NCBI GenBank assembly: GCA_035260785.1 | Contig: DATFUO010000098.1 | Span: 1-38,273, forward strand | Direction: 5' to 3' | Origin: Burkholderiales bacterium | GTDB lineage: Bacteria; Pseudomonadota; Gammaproteobacteria; Burkholderiales; JACQAP01 | DNA length: 38,273 nt | In this document: positions 10,817 to 20,665 of the stretch, piece after piece | Numbering within the stretch: position 1 is the stretch's first letter | How the letters are laid out: every line of letters starts with the position of its first letter | Made by a program: the position numbers and the translations under genes | The notes under the pieces: model-generated | Databases searched by the model: none | What the model was told of the DNA's origin: nothing | What the model saw: only the letters and a program-made list of their open reading frames with translations

Positions 10817-10846
10817 AGTATATCAGCGGCACGCGCCCCGCCTCAA
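10817..10846 (-). promoter_or_regulatory. candidate sigma70 promoter of rpsB-tsf
   Basis: The minus strand reads TTGAGG (10846..10841), an 18-nt spacer ending in TGA, then TATACT (10822..10817). That is a -35 plus a TGn extended -10. The predicted TSS near 10811 gives a 5' UTR of about 100 nt before ATG 10707. AGGAGAAG Shine-Dalgarno lies just before the start. Confidence 0.45.
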
Positions 10847-10870
10847 CCTTTTTCGCGCATGGTCAAAGGC

Positions 10871-11620
10871 TTAACTGCCAGACCACGCATGCCGCTGACG
10901 GCGGGCCTCGTACAGGCAGATGCCGGCCGCGACGGAGACGTTCAGGCTATCCACCTGCCCGAGCATCGGAATCGATATCAGTTCGTCGCAGGTCTCTCGG
11001 GTCAGCCTGCGGAGCCCCTCACCCTCAGCTCCCAGGACCAGCGCCAGCGGACCGGATAATTTTGCGTCGAACAGGGTCCGGGCTTCGCCTCCGGCCGTTC
11101 CAACCACCCAAATTCCCTTATCTTTCAGTTCCCTTAACGCTCTTGCGAGATTCGTAACGGGAATGAAAGGCACGCTTTGCGCCGCACCGGAAGCCACTTT
11201 GTGGACGGTGGCGTTCAGACCGGCAGCACGGTCTTTGGGCGCAACAATCGCGTGGACGCCCATGCCGTCCGCGACCCTGAGACAGGCACCCAGATTGTGC
11301 GGGTCCTGCACTCCATCCAGCACCAGCAGTAAGGCTGGCTCCACGAGATCGTCCAGCACTTCGTTCAGCGAAGCGGCAAGGGCAACTTCCTCGACAAAGG
11401 CCGCAACGCCCTGATGCCGGCCGCCTTTGGCGAATCCATCCAGGCGCTGGCCATCCGCCTCGTGCAGCCGCACGCCCGCCGCCTTCGCCAGATCCGCAAC
11501 CCGCCGCGCACGGGGGTCGCCTCGGCCGGAATCGAGGAATACTTCGAACACCGCTTCCGGCCTGCGTTTCAGTGCAGCCGTCACCGCGTGCAAACCGTAC
11601 ACGACCCGCCTGCCGGTCAT
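10871..11620 (-). CDS. rlmB: 23S rRNA (guanosine-2'-O)-methyltransferase RlmB (SpoU/TrmH family)
   Basis: 249 aa with the SpoU knot motifs (LVLDGVQDPHNLGACLR; LVLGAEGEGLRRLTRETCDELISIPMLGQVDSLNVSVAAGICLYE). It is 4-nt start/stop overlapped with rnr, matching the conserved rnr-rlmB pair. Confidence 0.85.
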   Translation of the reverse strand: MTGRRVVYGLHAVTAALKRRPEAVFEVFLDSGRGDPRARRVADLAKAAGVRLHEADGQRLDGFAKGGRHQGVAAFVEEVALAASLNEVLDDLVEPALLLVLDGVQDPHNLGACLRVADGMGVHAIVAPKDRAAGLNATVHKVASGAAQSVPFIPVTNLARALRELKDKGIWVVGTAGGEARTLFDAKLSGPLALVLGAEGEGLRRLTRETCDELISIPMLGQVDSLNVSVAAGICLYEARRQRHAWSGS

Positions 11621-13845
11621 CGCGGGTCTTTCGCTGCCTCATCGAGCACGAAGTCGATTTTGGCCGTTTCCAGATCGACCCTCACGAGTTTCACGGGAAT
11701 GCGATCGCCCAGCCGGAAACGCTTTCCGGTGCGCTCGCCGAGCAGTTGATGTTTTGTTGCGTCGAAATGGAAATAGTCGGCGCCCAGCTCGGAGATGTGT
11801 ACCAGGCCTTCCACGTAAACCTCGTGAAGGGCAACGAAAACACCGAAGCTGGTGACGCCGCTGACAGTGGCCGTGAAGTGCTCGCCGATGCGATCCTGCA
11901 TGTAGTAGCACTTGAGCCAGGCCTCGACGTCACGCGTCGCTTCATCGGCACGGCGCTCGGTTTCCGAGCAATGCGTACCCAATTCCTGCCAGTTACCGGG
12001 TTCGTAGCGGGCGCCGGCGAGAACCGCATTGATCGACCTGTGGATGAGCAGGTCCGGATAGCGCCGGATTGGTGAAGTAAAGTGCGTATAAGCCTCATAC
12101 GCCAGGCCGAAATGACCGACGTTGTCCGGGCTGTAAACCGCCTGCCTCAGCGAGCGCAGCATCACCGTCTGCAATAACTGCACATCCGGACGCGACTTGA
12201 TTTTTTCCAGCAGCCGCGCATAGTCCTTGGCCTGGGGGTCGTCGCCGCCGGTGAGTTGCAGGCCGAATTCGCGCAGGAACTCGCGCAGCGCCGCAAGTTT
12301 TTCCGGCGTCGGCCCCTCGTGCACGCGATATAGCGCAGGATGATCGTTGCTCGACAGGAAATCAGACGCGCAAACATTTGCCGCGAGCATGCATTCCTCT
12401 ATGAGCCGGTGGGCGTCGTTGCGCTGCGTCGGAACGATGCGCTCGATCTTGCCGCCGTCGTCGAAAAACATCTGCGTCTCGACCGTCTCGAAGTCGATCG
12501 CACCGCGCAATGCGCGCGCCTTGACCAGACCCTGATACAGAGCGTGCAGCGCCTGCAGATGCGGCACCAGGTCCTTGAGTTCGCGTGCAGGCTCGCCGTG
12601 CGGATCTTCGATGGCCTGTGCGACCCGGGTATACGTCAGCCTGGCTCGCGAATGCATCACCGCCGGGTAGAAGCGGTAAACGGCAATCTCGCCGCGCGCC
12701 GAAATGTCCATTTCGCACACCATGCACAAGCGGTCGACCTTCGGCATCAGCGAACACAGACCGTTCGACAACACCTCCGGCAACATCGGGATTACGCGGC
12801 GGGGAAAGTAGACTGAATTGCCCCGCTCGCGCGCTTCGAGGTCGATTGCATCGCCGTGCCGTACGTAGTGGCCGACGTCGGCAATGGCCACCCAGAGCTT
12901 GTATCCCTTGCCGCGGCGCTCGCAATAGACTGCATCGTCGAAATCCTTGGCCGTCTCGCCATCGATCGTCACCAGCGGCAGATTGCGCAGATCCTCGCGC
13001 CCGTTTAGGTCCTTCTCGGTAACCCCGGAGGGGAATTTCGCGGCCGCCTTCTCGACTTCAGCGGAAAATTCGTGCGGCAGATCGTGCTTTCTCAGCGCGA
13101 TTTCGATTTCCATCCCCGGATCGGCGTAATTGCCGAGCACCTCGACGATGCGTCCGACCGGTTGCGCATGGCGCTGCGGCTGCTCGATGATTTCAGCAAT
13201 CACGACCTGGCCAGCTTTGGCACCGCCTGTCGCGCCCGCCGGTATCAGAATATCCTGGCTGATGCGGCGATCCTCCGCCGCCACGACGCCGATGCCGTGC
13301 TCATTCAGGAAGCGGCCAACCACTCTGACATTGGCGCGCTCGAGCACCTCGACGATATGCCCTTCGCGCCGGCCGCGCGCATTGATGCCGCCTTCGCGCG
13401 CGACTACCCGATCGCCGTGCAATACCTTGGCCATCTCACCCGGATGCAAGAACAAGTCCTCTCCCTCACCGTCGCGCACCAGAAAGCCGAACCCGTCCGG
13501 ATGGCCCTGCACTTTGCCCTTGACCAGATCGAGTTTGTCGACCACGCAAATCGCATTCTTGCGGTTGCGCATGATCTGGCCGTCGCGCTCCATGGCACCC
13601 AGACGACGCTCGAACGGCTCGGTTTCATGCGGCGCGATGGAAAGCAACTGCGTCATCTTGTCCACTGAAACCGGAACGCCCTGTTCAAGCAGGACATCGA
13701 GTATATGTTCGCGGCTGGGCAGCGGATGTTCGTAACGCGATTGCTCGCGCTGGAGAAAAGGATCGCGCGCACGGATGTCCGTGGCGCGCCCACGCGCAGC
13801 AGTCTTGCCGCCGGCGGACTTGGAAGTTTTCTTGGTGGTTTTCAT
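11617..13845 (-). CDS. rnr: ribonuclease R
   Basis: RNB catalytic region (…VTIDGETAKDFDDAVYCE…, …HFGLAYEAYTHFTSPIRRYPDLLIHR…) and a C-terminal S1 domain (FTATVSGVTSFGVFVALHEVYVEGLVHISEL). I trimmed the start to MKTTKKTSKS... at ATG 13845..13843. The track ORF (to 14058) runs antisense through the tRNA-Leu gene. Confidence 0.93.
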   Translation of the reverse strand: MKTTKKTSKSAGGKTAARGRATDIRARDPFLQREQSRYEHPLPSREHILDVLLEQGVPVSVDKMTQLLSIAPHETEPFERRLGAMERDGQIMRNRKNAICVVDKLDLVKGKVQGHPDGFGFLVRDGEGEDLFLHPGEMAKVLHGDRVVAREGGINARGRREGHIVEVLERANVRVVGRFLNEHGIGVVAAEDRRISQDILIPAGATGGAKAGQVVIAEIIEQPQRHAQPVGRIVEVLGNYADPGMEIEIALRKHDLPHEFSAEVEKAAAKFPSGVTEKDLNGREDLRNLPLVTIDGETAKDFDDAVYCERRGKGYKLWVAIADVGHYVRHGDAIDLEARERGNSVYFPRRVIPMLPEVLSNGLCSLMPKVDRLCMVCEMDISARGEIAVYRFYPAVMHSRARLTYTRVAQAIEDPHGEPARELKDLVPHLQALHALYQGLVKARALRGAIDFETVETQMFFDDGGKIERIVPTQRNDAHRLIEECMLAANVCASDFLSSNDHPALYRVHEGPTPEKLAALREFLREFGLQLTGGDDPQAKDYARLLEKIKSRPDVQLLQTVMLRSLRQAVYSPDNVGHFGLAYEAYTHFTSPIRRYPDLLIHRSINAVLAGARYEPGNWQELGTHCSETERRADEATRDVEAWLKCYYMQDRIGEHFTATVSGVTSFGVFVALHEVYVEGLVHISELGADYFHFDATKHQLLGERTGKRFRLGDRIPVKLVRVDLETAKIDFVLDEAAKDPR

Positions 13846-13878
13846 TCCGACAATCGGTTGGAGGCGAGCGCCGCTGCG

Positions 13879-13907
13879 TTGACAAGGCAGCACTTTCCCA
13901 TTACATT
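13879..13907 (+). promoter_or_regulatory. candidate sigma70 promoter of tRNA-Leu
   Basis: Consensus TTGACA (13879-13884), a 17-nt spacer, then TACATT (13902-13907). A GC-rich discriminator (GCGCCC) follows, and the mature tRNA 5' end is at 13922. Confidence 0.5.
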
Positions 13908-13921
13908 TTGCGCCCTTCCGT

Positions 13922-14005
13922 GCCGAGATGGCGGAATTGGTAGACGCACCAGGTTCAGGTCCTGGCGGTGGCAACACTGTGGAGGTTCGAGTCCTCTTCT
14001 CGGCA
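13922..14005 (+). tRNA. tRNA-Leu (anticodon CAG), type II with long variable arm; no genomically encoded CCA
   Basis: Hand-folded. The acceptor stem GCCGAGA/TCTCGGC is fully paired, with discriminator A. The D-arm GCGGAATTGGTAGACGC is identical to that of E. coli tRNA-Leu. Anticodon stem CCAGG/CCTGG carries the loop TTCAGGT. The variable arm is GGTGGCAACACTGT and the T-arm is GGAGG-TTCGAGT-CCTCT. The following bases are GAA, not CCA. Confidence 0.93.
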
Positions 14006-14013
14006 GAAATCCA

Positions 14014-14036
14014 TACCCTTTTTGGGGGTACTTTTG
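14014..14036 (+). terminator. weak hairpin plus T-run downstream of tRNA-Leu (possible bidirectional terminator shared with purA)
   Basis: TACCC (14014-14018) and GGGTA (14026-14030) form a stem with a 7-nt loop, followed by CTTTT. The stem is only 5 bp, so support is weak. Confidence 0.3.
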
Positions 14037-14172
14037 GGGGTATATCTGCAATCCACATTGGTTACCGACATTAGCAATCAGCGCGTTAGCGAAGAAGTTT
14101 GCGTTCTCTTCTCGCACCAGATCGAAAACCCCGGACAATTCTTTTCTCTGCATTCCTTCGCCTGCGCAGTCC

Positions 14173-16676
<2,504 letters not shown>

Positions 16677-16737
16677 GATCAGTCGACGCGCGAAAACGAC
16701 CCGTGCGGATTGCTACGATTCAAACGGTCATGTTGGT

Positions 16738-16932
16738 CTATTTCGTCAGGAAAAGCAGCAGCAGTCCGGTCAGCATGGAGGAAAGCCCCACGAAACGAAT
16801 CTGCCCGTCCGACATCGCGGTCAGCCGGCGGAACATATCGCGCCATACCGCCGGCAACAGGAAGGGAAGCAGCCCCTCGATGACCAGCATCACCGCGACG
16901 GCCACCATCAGGGTATTCGTATAGGCTTCCAT
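16738..16932 (-). CDS. small membrane protein, DUF2065/YjeT-like
   Basis: Two hydrophobic helices (LMVAVAVMLVIEGLLPFLLP and FVGLSSMLTGLLLLFL). It occupies the slot of E. coli yjeT, directly after hflC. I trimmed the start to MEAYTN... (ATG 16932); the track start at 16974 is also possible. Confidence 0.6.
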   Translation of the reverse strand: MEAYTNTLMVAVAVMLVIEGLLPFLLPAVWRDMFRRLTAMSDGQIRFVGLSSMLTGLLLLFLTK

Positions 16933-16983
16933 CGTCGCCTTCCCACCGCGCGCAAGCGGCATCCCGCCTCCCAACGCTGTTGA

Positions 16984-17862
16984 CTATTTTGCGCGTCCCG
17001 CCGGGTTCTTCAGGTACTTGAAGAATTCCGAATTCGGTTCGAGTATCAGCAAGTCTCCTTTGTTCTTGAAGCTTTGCCGATAGGCTTCCAGGCTGCGATA
17101 GAACGCGTAGAACTCGGGATTGCGCTCGAAGGCTCGCGCGTAAATCGTGGAAGCCTTGGCGTCTCCATCGCCCTTCAGACGCTGCGCGTCACGGTATGCC
17201 TGGGCAATCACCACCTGGCGTTGCTTGTCCGCATCGGCGCGGATTTTCTCGGCCTCGGCAAAGCCCGTCGAACGCAACTCGTTGGCCACGCGCTTGCGCT
17301 CGGCCTGCATCCGGCCATACACGGATTCGCTGATCTCGGGCGTGAAGTCGACTCGCTTCAATCGTACATCGAGGACCTGGACGCCGATCTCGCGCGCGAT
17401 CTGGTCCGCCCGCTCGCGCATCAGATCCATGATCTGCTCGCGCTCGCCGGATACAACTTCGTGAATCGTGCGCTTGCCGAACTCTTCGCGCAGACTGCCA
17501 TTGACAGCCTGCGCCAACCGCACGCGTGCGAGAATTTCGTCACCCTGCACGCTGACGTAATACTGCTTGACGTCGACGATGCGCCATTTTACGAAGGAAT
17601 CCACCAATACCGGCTTGTTCTCGGACGTGACAAACCTTTGCGCCTCTTCGGCATCCAGCGTAAGGATACGGGAGTCGAAATAACGCACGTTATCGACCAG
17701 CGGCACCTTGAAGAACAGTCCTGGCTGCGTTTTCACCGAAACGATTTCGCCGAGCCGGAAGACGATCGCATTCTGGCGCTGATCGACGGTAAACAGACTC
17801 AGGCTGGCCACGACCAACGCGACAACGATTGCGATCAGCACGCTGCTCACGTTGAATTTCAT
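16984..17862 (-). CDS. hflC: protease modulator HflC (SPFH/band-7)
   Basis: 292 aa with an N-terminal TM anchor and SPFH domain. The ATGA overlap with the hflK stop is typical of the hflKC pair. Confidence 0.92.
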   Translation of the reverse strand: MKFNVSSVLIAIVVALVVASLSLFTVDQRQNAIVFRLGEIVSVKTQPGLFFKVPLVDNVRYFDSRILTLDAEEAQRFVTSENKPVLVDSFVKWRIVDVKQYYVSVQGDEILARVRLAQAVNGSLREEFGKRTIHEVVSGEREQIMDLMRERADQIAREIGVQVLDVRLKRVDFTPEISESVYGRMQAERKRVANELRSTGFAEAEKIRADADKQRQVVIAQAYRDAQRLKGDGDAKASTIYARAFERNPEFYAFYRSLEAYRQSFKNKGDLLILEPNSEFFKYLKNPAGRAK

Positions 17863-19043
17863 CGTGCCTCCCTCTCGCGATTGCGGAATGCATCGCGCGA
17901 CCGCGGCGAAGCTTCTGCCGGCGCCGGTGTGGGCAGGTTCGGTTCGGGAACGGCCTTTGTGTTCGTGTCCGCGGGCGCGTTGGTACTGGCACCCAGCTGC
18001 ATGAGTTTGTCCAGAGGCAGGTAAAGCAGGTTGCTGCCGCTTTTTTGGTCGACCACGACTTTGCTGGAATTCGAAAGCACCTGCTGCATTGCGTCGAGGT
18101 AAAGGCGCTGGCGGGTGACCACCGGTGCCTTGCTGTACTCGGTGACAATCTGGCTGAAACGGGAGGCCTCGCCTTCGGCGTTCGCGATCACGCTCTGCCG
18201 GTAACCTTCGCCTTCCTGCAGCAGCCGTGCGGAAGTGCCTTTCGCCTTCGGCACGACATCGTTGAAATACGACTGCCCCTCGTTGATCTGCCGCTCCCGA
18301 TCCTGACCGGCCTTTACCGCATCGGCGAAAGCGGCCTGGACCTCCTCGGGCGCCTGGGCGTCCTGCATGGTCACCCTTGTGACGGTGATTCCGGTTTTAT
18401 AGCGGTCGAGGATTTTCTGCAGCAGGATGGTCACCGTTTCGACGATTTTTTCCTTGCCGCCGGAAAGCAGGAAATCCATTTTGTTCTTGCCGACCACCTC
18501 ACGGATCGCGGATTCGGACGCCTGCATCACCGACTTGTCGGCATCGCGATTGTTGAACAGGTAATCCCTGGGATCCTTGAGGATGTACTGGACTGCGAAC
18601 TGGATGTCGATGATGTTCTCGTCGTCGGTGATCATCAACGATTCATTCTGCACCTTGCTCTTGACGTTGTTGCGATAACCGATCTCGATCGTGCGAACAC
18701 CCGTCACATTGACGACCTCGGCGGATTCGACGGGCCACGGCAGGTGCCAGCGTGGGCCCGCCTCCGTTATTCCGACGAATTTTCCGAAGCGCAGCACCAC
18801 GCCGCGCTGGCTGGCATCGACGATATAAAAGCCGCTGGCCAGCCAGACCACCAGTACCAGGATGATCAGCAGGCCGAACCCGCCACCGAACTGACGCGCG
18901 CTCGGCCGCGGCGGCTGGCTGCCACCCCCGCCCTTGCCGCCAAACAGGGCGTTCAACCGCTGATTCAGACGACGCCATAACTCATCGAGATCGGGCGGCC
19001 CGTCGTTGCCGCGCTTCCCCCACTGCGGATCATTCAATGCCAT
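17859..19043 (-). CDS. hflK: protease modulator HflK (SPFH/band-7)
   Basis: 394 aa. Canonical HflK N-terminus (NDPQWGKRGNDGPPDLDELWRRL...), one TM helix and an SPFH domain. Confidence 0.92.
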   Translation of the reverse strand: MALNDPQWGKRGNDGPPDLDELWRRLNQRLNALFGGKGGGGSQPPRPSARQFGGGFGLLIILVLVVWLASGFYIVDASQRGVVLRFGKFVGITEAGPRWHLPWPVESAEVVNVTGVRTIEIGYRNNVKSKVQNESLMITDDENIIDIQFAVQYILKDPRDYLFNNRDADKSVMQASESAIREVVGKNKMDFLLSGGKEKIVETVTILLQKILDRYKTGITVTRVTMQDAQAPEEVQAAFADAVKAGQDRERQINEGQSYFNDVVPKAKGTSARLLQEGEGYRQSVIANAEGEASRFSQIVTEYSKAPVVTRQRLYLDAMQQVLSNSSKVVVDQKSGSNLLYLPLDKLMQLGASTNAPADTNTKAVPEPNLPTPAPAEASPRSRDAFRNREREAR

Positions 19044-19097
19044 TCGTGCTTGCTTTCAATTTGACAGGAGGCCCGGCCCGGACCAGGGCCTTCGTAT

Positions 19098-20216
19098 TCA
19101 GGCTGCGACAACGCCGGTGGCGTTGCGCTGCGTTTCGTGCAATTCAGCCAGCATGGAGCGCAGAAACTCGACGCCTGCACCGGTTTTCGCGCTAACGCGG
19201 ACTGATGCGATTTTACCATACTGATCCCGCTCGACGCCGGGTTGCAGTCCAGCCGCATCGATCTTGTTGAACACCACGACTTGAGGAACGCAATCCGCGC
19301 CGATTTCAACCAGTACCTTGTTCACTTCCGCGATCTGATCGTCGCGCGCCGGGCTTGCCGCATCCACCACATGCAGCAACAAATCGGCACGCCCGGTTTC
19401 TTCCAGCGTTGCGCTGAATGCCGCCACCAGAGTGTGCGGAAGATCACGGATGAAGCCCACCGTATCCGACATGATGATGGCCGCGCCGTCGGCCCCGCTG
19501 ATGCGCCGCGAAGTGGTATCCAGGGTCGCGAACAACTGGTCGGCCGCATAAGCTTCGCTGTGGGTAAGCCGGTTGAACAATGTCGACTTGCCGGCATTGG
19601 TATAGCCGACCAGCGAAACCGACAAGGCCTGGCCGCGCTGGCGGGCGCGGCGCTGGGTCTGCCGCTGGCGATGCACCGTGTCGAGCTTGTCCTTGAGCAC
19701 TTTCACGCGTCTGCGCAGCAACTGGCGGTCGGTCTCGAGCTGGGTTTCGCCCGGCCCGCGCAGGCCGATCCCGCCTTTCTGGCGCTCCAGGTGAGTCCAG
19801 CCCCGTACCAGACGCGTCGCCAGATGCTCGAGTTGGGCCAGTTCGACCTGCAACTTGCCTTCGTGCGAACGCGCCCTTTGCGCAAAGATGTCCAGTATCA
19901 GGCTGCTGCGGTCCACCACGCGGCACTCGAAGCGCTTCTCCAGGTTACGCTGCTGCGCGGGGGATAAATCGTGGTTGAACAGCACCAGGGATGCGGCGGC
20001 GGATTGCACCGCTGCCGCGATCTCGTCGACCTTGCCCGCGCCCGCAAAAGTGGCCGCGTCGGGCCGGTGTCGCTTGCCCTTGATGACTGCGACGGGTTCG
20101 ACGCCGGCGCTTTCGGCCAGGCGGCGGATTTCGTCCTGAGACTCGGCGAAATCCACATTGCCGAAATCCAGGCTGACGAGGATGGCGCGGTCGCCGCCGC
20201 GTGGACGATCAAACAT
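19098..20216 (-). CDS. hflX: ribosome-associated GTPase HflX (short form, ends just after the G domain)
   Basis: High similarity to E. coli HflX throughout (LILDIFAQRARSHEGKLQVELAQLEHLATRLVRGWTHLERQKGGIGLRGPGETQLETDRQLL; G1 GYTNAGKST; G5 SAKTGAG). 372 aa. Confidence 0.93.
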   Translation of the reverse strand: MFDRPRGGDRAILVSLDFGNVDFAESQDEIRRLAESAGVEPVAVIKGKRHRPDAATFAGAGKVDEIAAAVQSAAASLVLFNHDLSPAQQRNLEKRFECRVVDRSSLILDIFAQRARSHEGKLQVELAQLEHLATRLVRGWTHLERQKGGIGLRGPGETQLETDRQLLRRRVKVLKDKLDTVHRQRQTQRRARQRGQALSVSLVGYTNAGKSTLFNRLTHSEAYAADQLFATLDTTSRRISGADGAAIIMSDTVGFIRDLPHTLVAAFSATLEETGRADLLLHVVDAASPARDDQIAEVNKVLVEIGADCVPQVVVFNKIDAAGLQPGVERDQYGKIASVRVSAKTGAGVEFLRSMLAELHETQRNATGVVAA

Positions 20217-20270
20217 TCAGAGGGACAGGAAACCGGGACCGGCGCCGCCAGCGCGCGAACTCAAACCTCG

Positions 20271-20289
20271 CATCCCGGGGATCGGGATG
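20271..20289 (-). other. stem-loop in the hfq-hflX intergenic region
   Basis: CATCCCG (20271-20277), loop GGGAT, then CGGGATG (20283-20289): a perfect 7-bp stem. On the minus strand it is followed by CGAGGTTTGAGTT, which is only a poor U-tract. Confidence 0.3.
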
Positions 20290-20338
20290 ACCACAAAGGC
20301 GGAAAGTCCAAAACGGATGAAACGGGATCGACGAACAC

Positions 20339-20578
20339 TCAGTCTTCGGACTCATGCTCCAGAGACAAGTTCACCGGACGCGCGGGCACGACGGTGGAAA
20401 TCGCGTGCTTGTAGACCATCTGCGTCACCGTGTTCTTCAGCAATACAACGTACTGGTCAAACGATTCGATCTGTCCCTGCAATTTGATTCCATTTACCAG
20501 GTAAATCGACACCGGCACGTGCTCCTTGCGCAACGCATTCAGAAATGGGTCTTGCAACAACTGGCCTTTCGCGCTCAT
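20339..20578 (-). CDS. hfq: RNA chaperone Hfq
   Basis: [65 protein letters not shown] contains the canonical Sm1/Sm2 motifs. AAGGAG Shine-Dalgarno lies 5 nt before the ATG. Confidence 0.97.
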   Translation of the reverse strand: MSAKGQLLQDPFLNALRKEHVPVSIYLVNGIKLQGQIESFDQYVVLLKNTVTQMVYKHAISTVVPARPVNLSLEHESED

Positions 20579-20642
20579 GGCTGCTCCTTATTTTATTTTT
20601 CGACCCGTGTTTACTGTACTGGATTTTCGGGCGCAATACCAT

Positions 20643-20660
20643 CCCGCGGAAAGCCGCGGG
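20643..20660 (-). terminator. stem-loop just after the der stop (weak terminator or stabiliser)
   Basis: CCCGCGG, loop AAAG, then CCGCGGG: a perfect 7-bp GC-rich stem starting 5 nt after the der stop. No clean U-tract follows on the minus strand (ATGGTATTG). Confidence 0.35.
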
Positions 20661-20665
20661 GGATT

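Noticed and set aside
14018-14042. Tandem CTTTTTGGGGGTA/CTTTTGGGGGTA, considered as a possible CRISPR or satellite repeat.
   Set aside because: There are only two short adjacent copies, with no spacers and no cas genes. It is more simply part of a hairpin/terminator region. I kept it only as a detail of the tRNA-flank finding.
13842-14153. 103-aa minus-strand ORF between purA and rnr. Its N-terminus (ELSGVFDLVREENANFF) faintly recalls the C-terminus of E. coli NsrR (LADLVEENQPLY), suggesting an nsrR remnant.
   Set aside because: The resemblance covers only about 6-7 residues with an indel. The ORF runs antisense through the whole tRNA-Leu gene and uses AT-rich codons unlike every real gene here. 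I cannot verify the idea without a database search, so I treat the region as non-coding.
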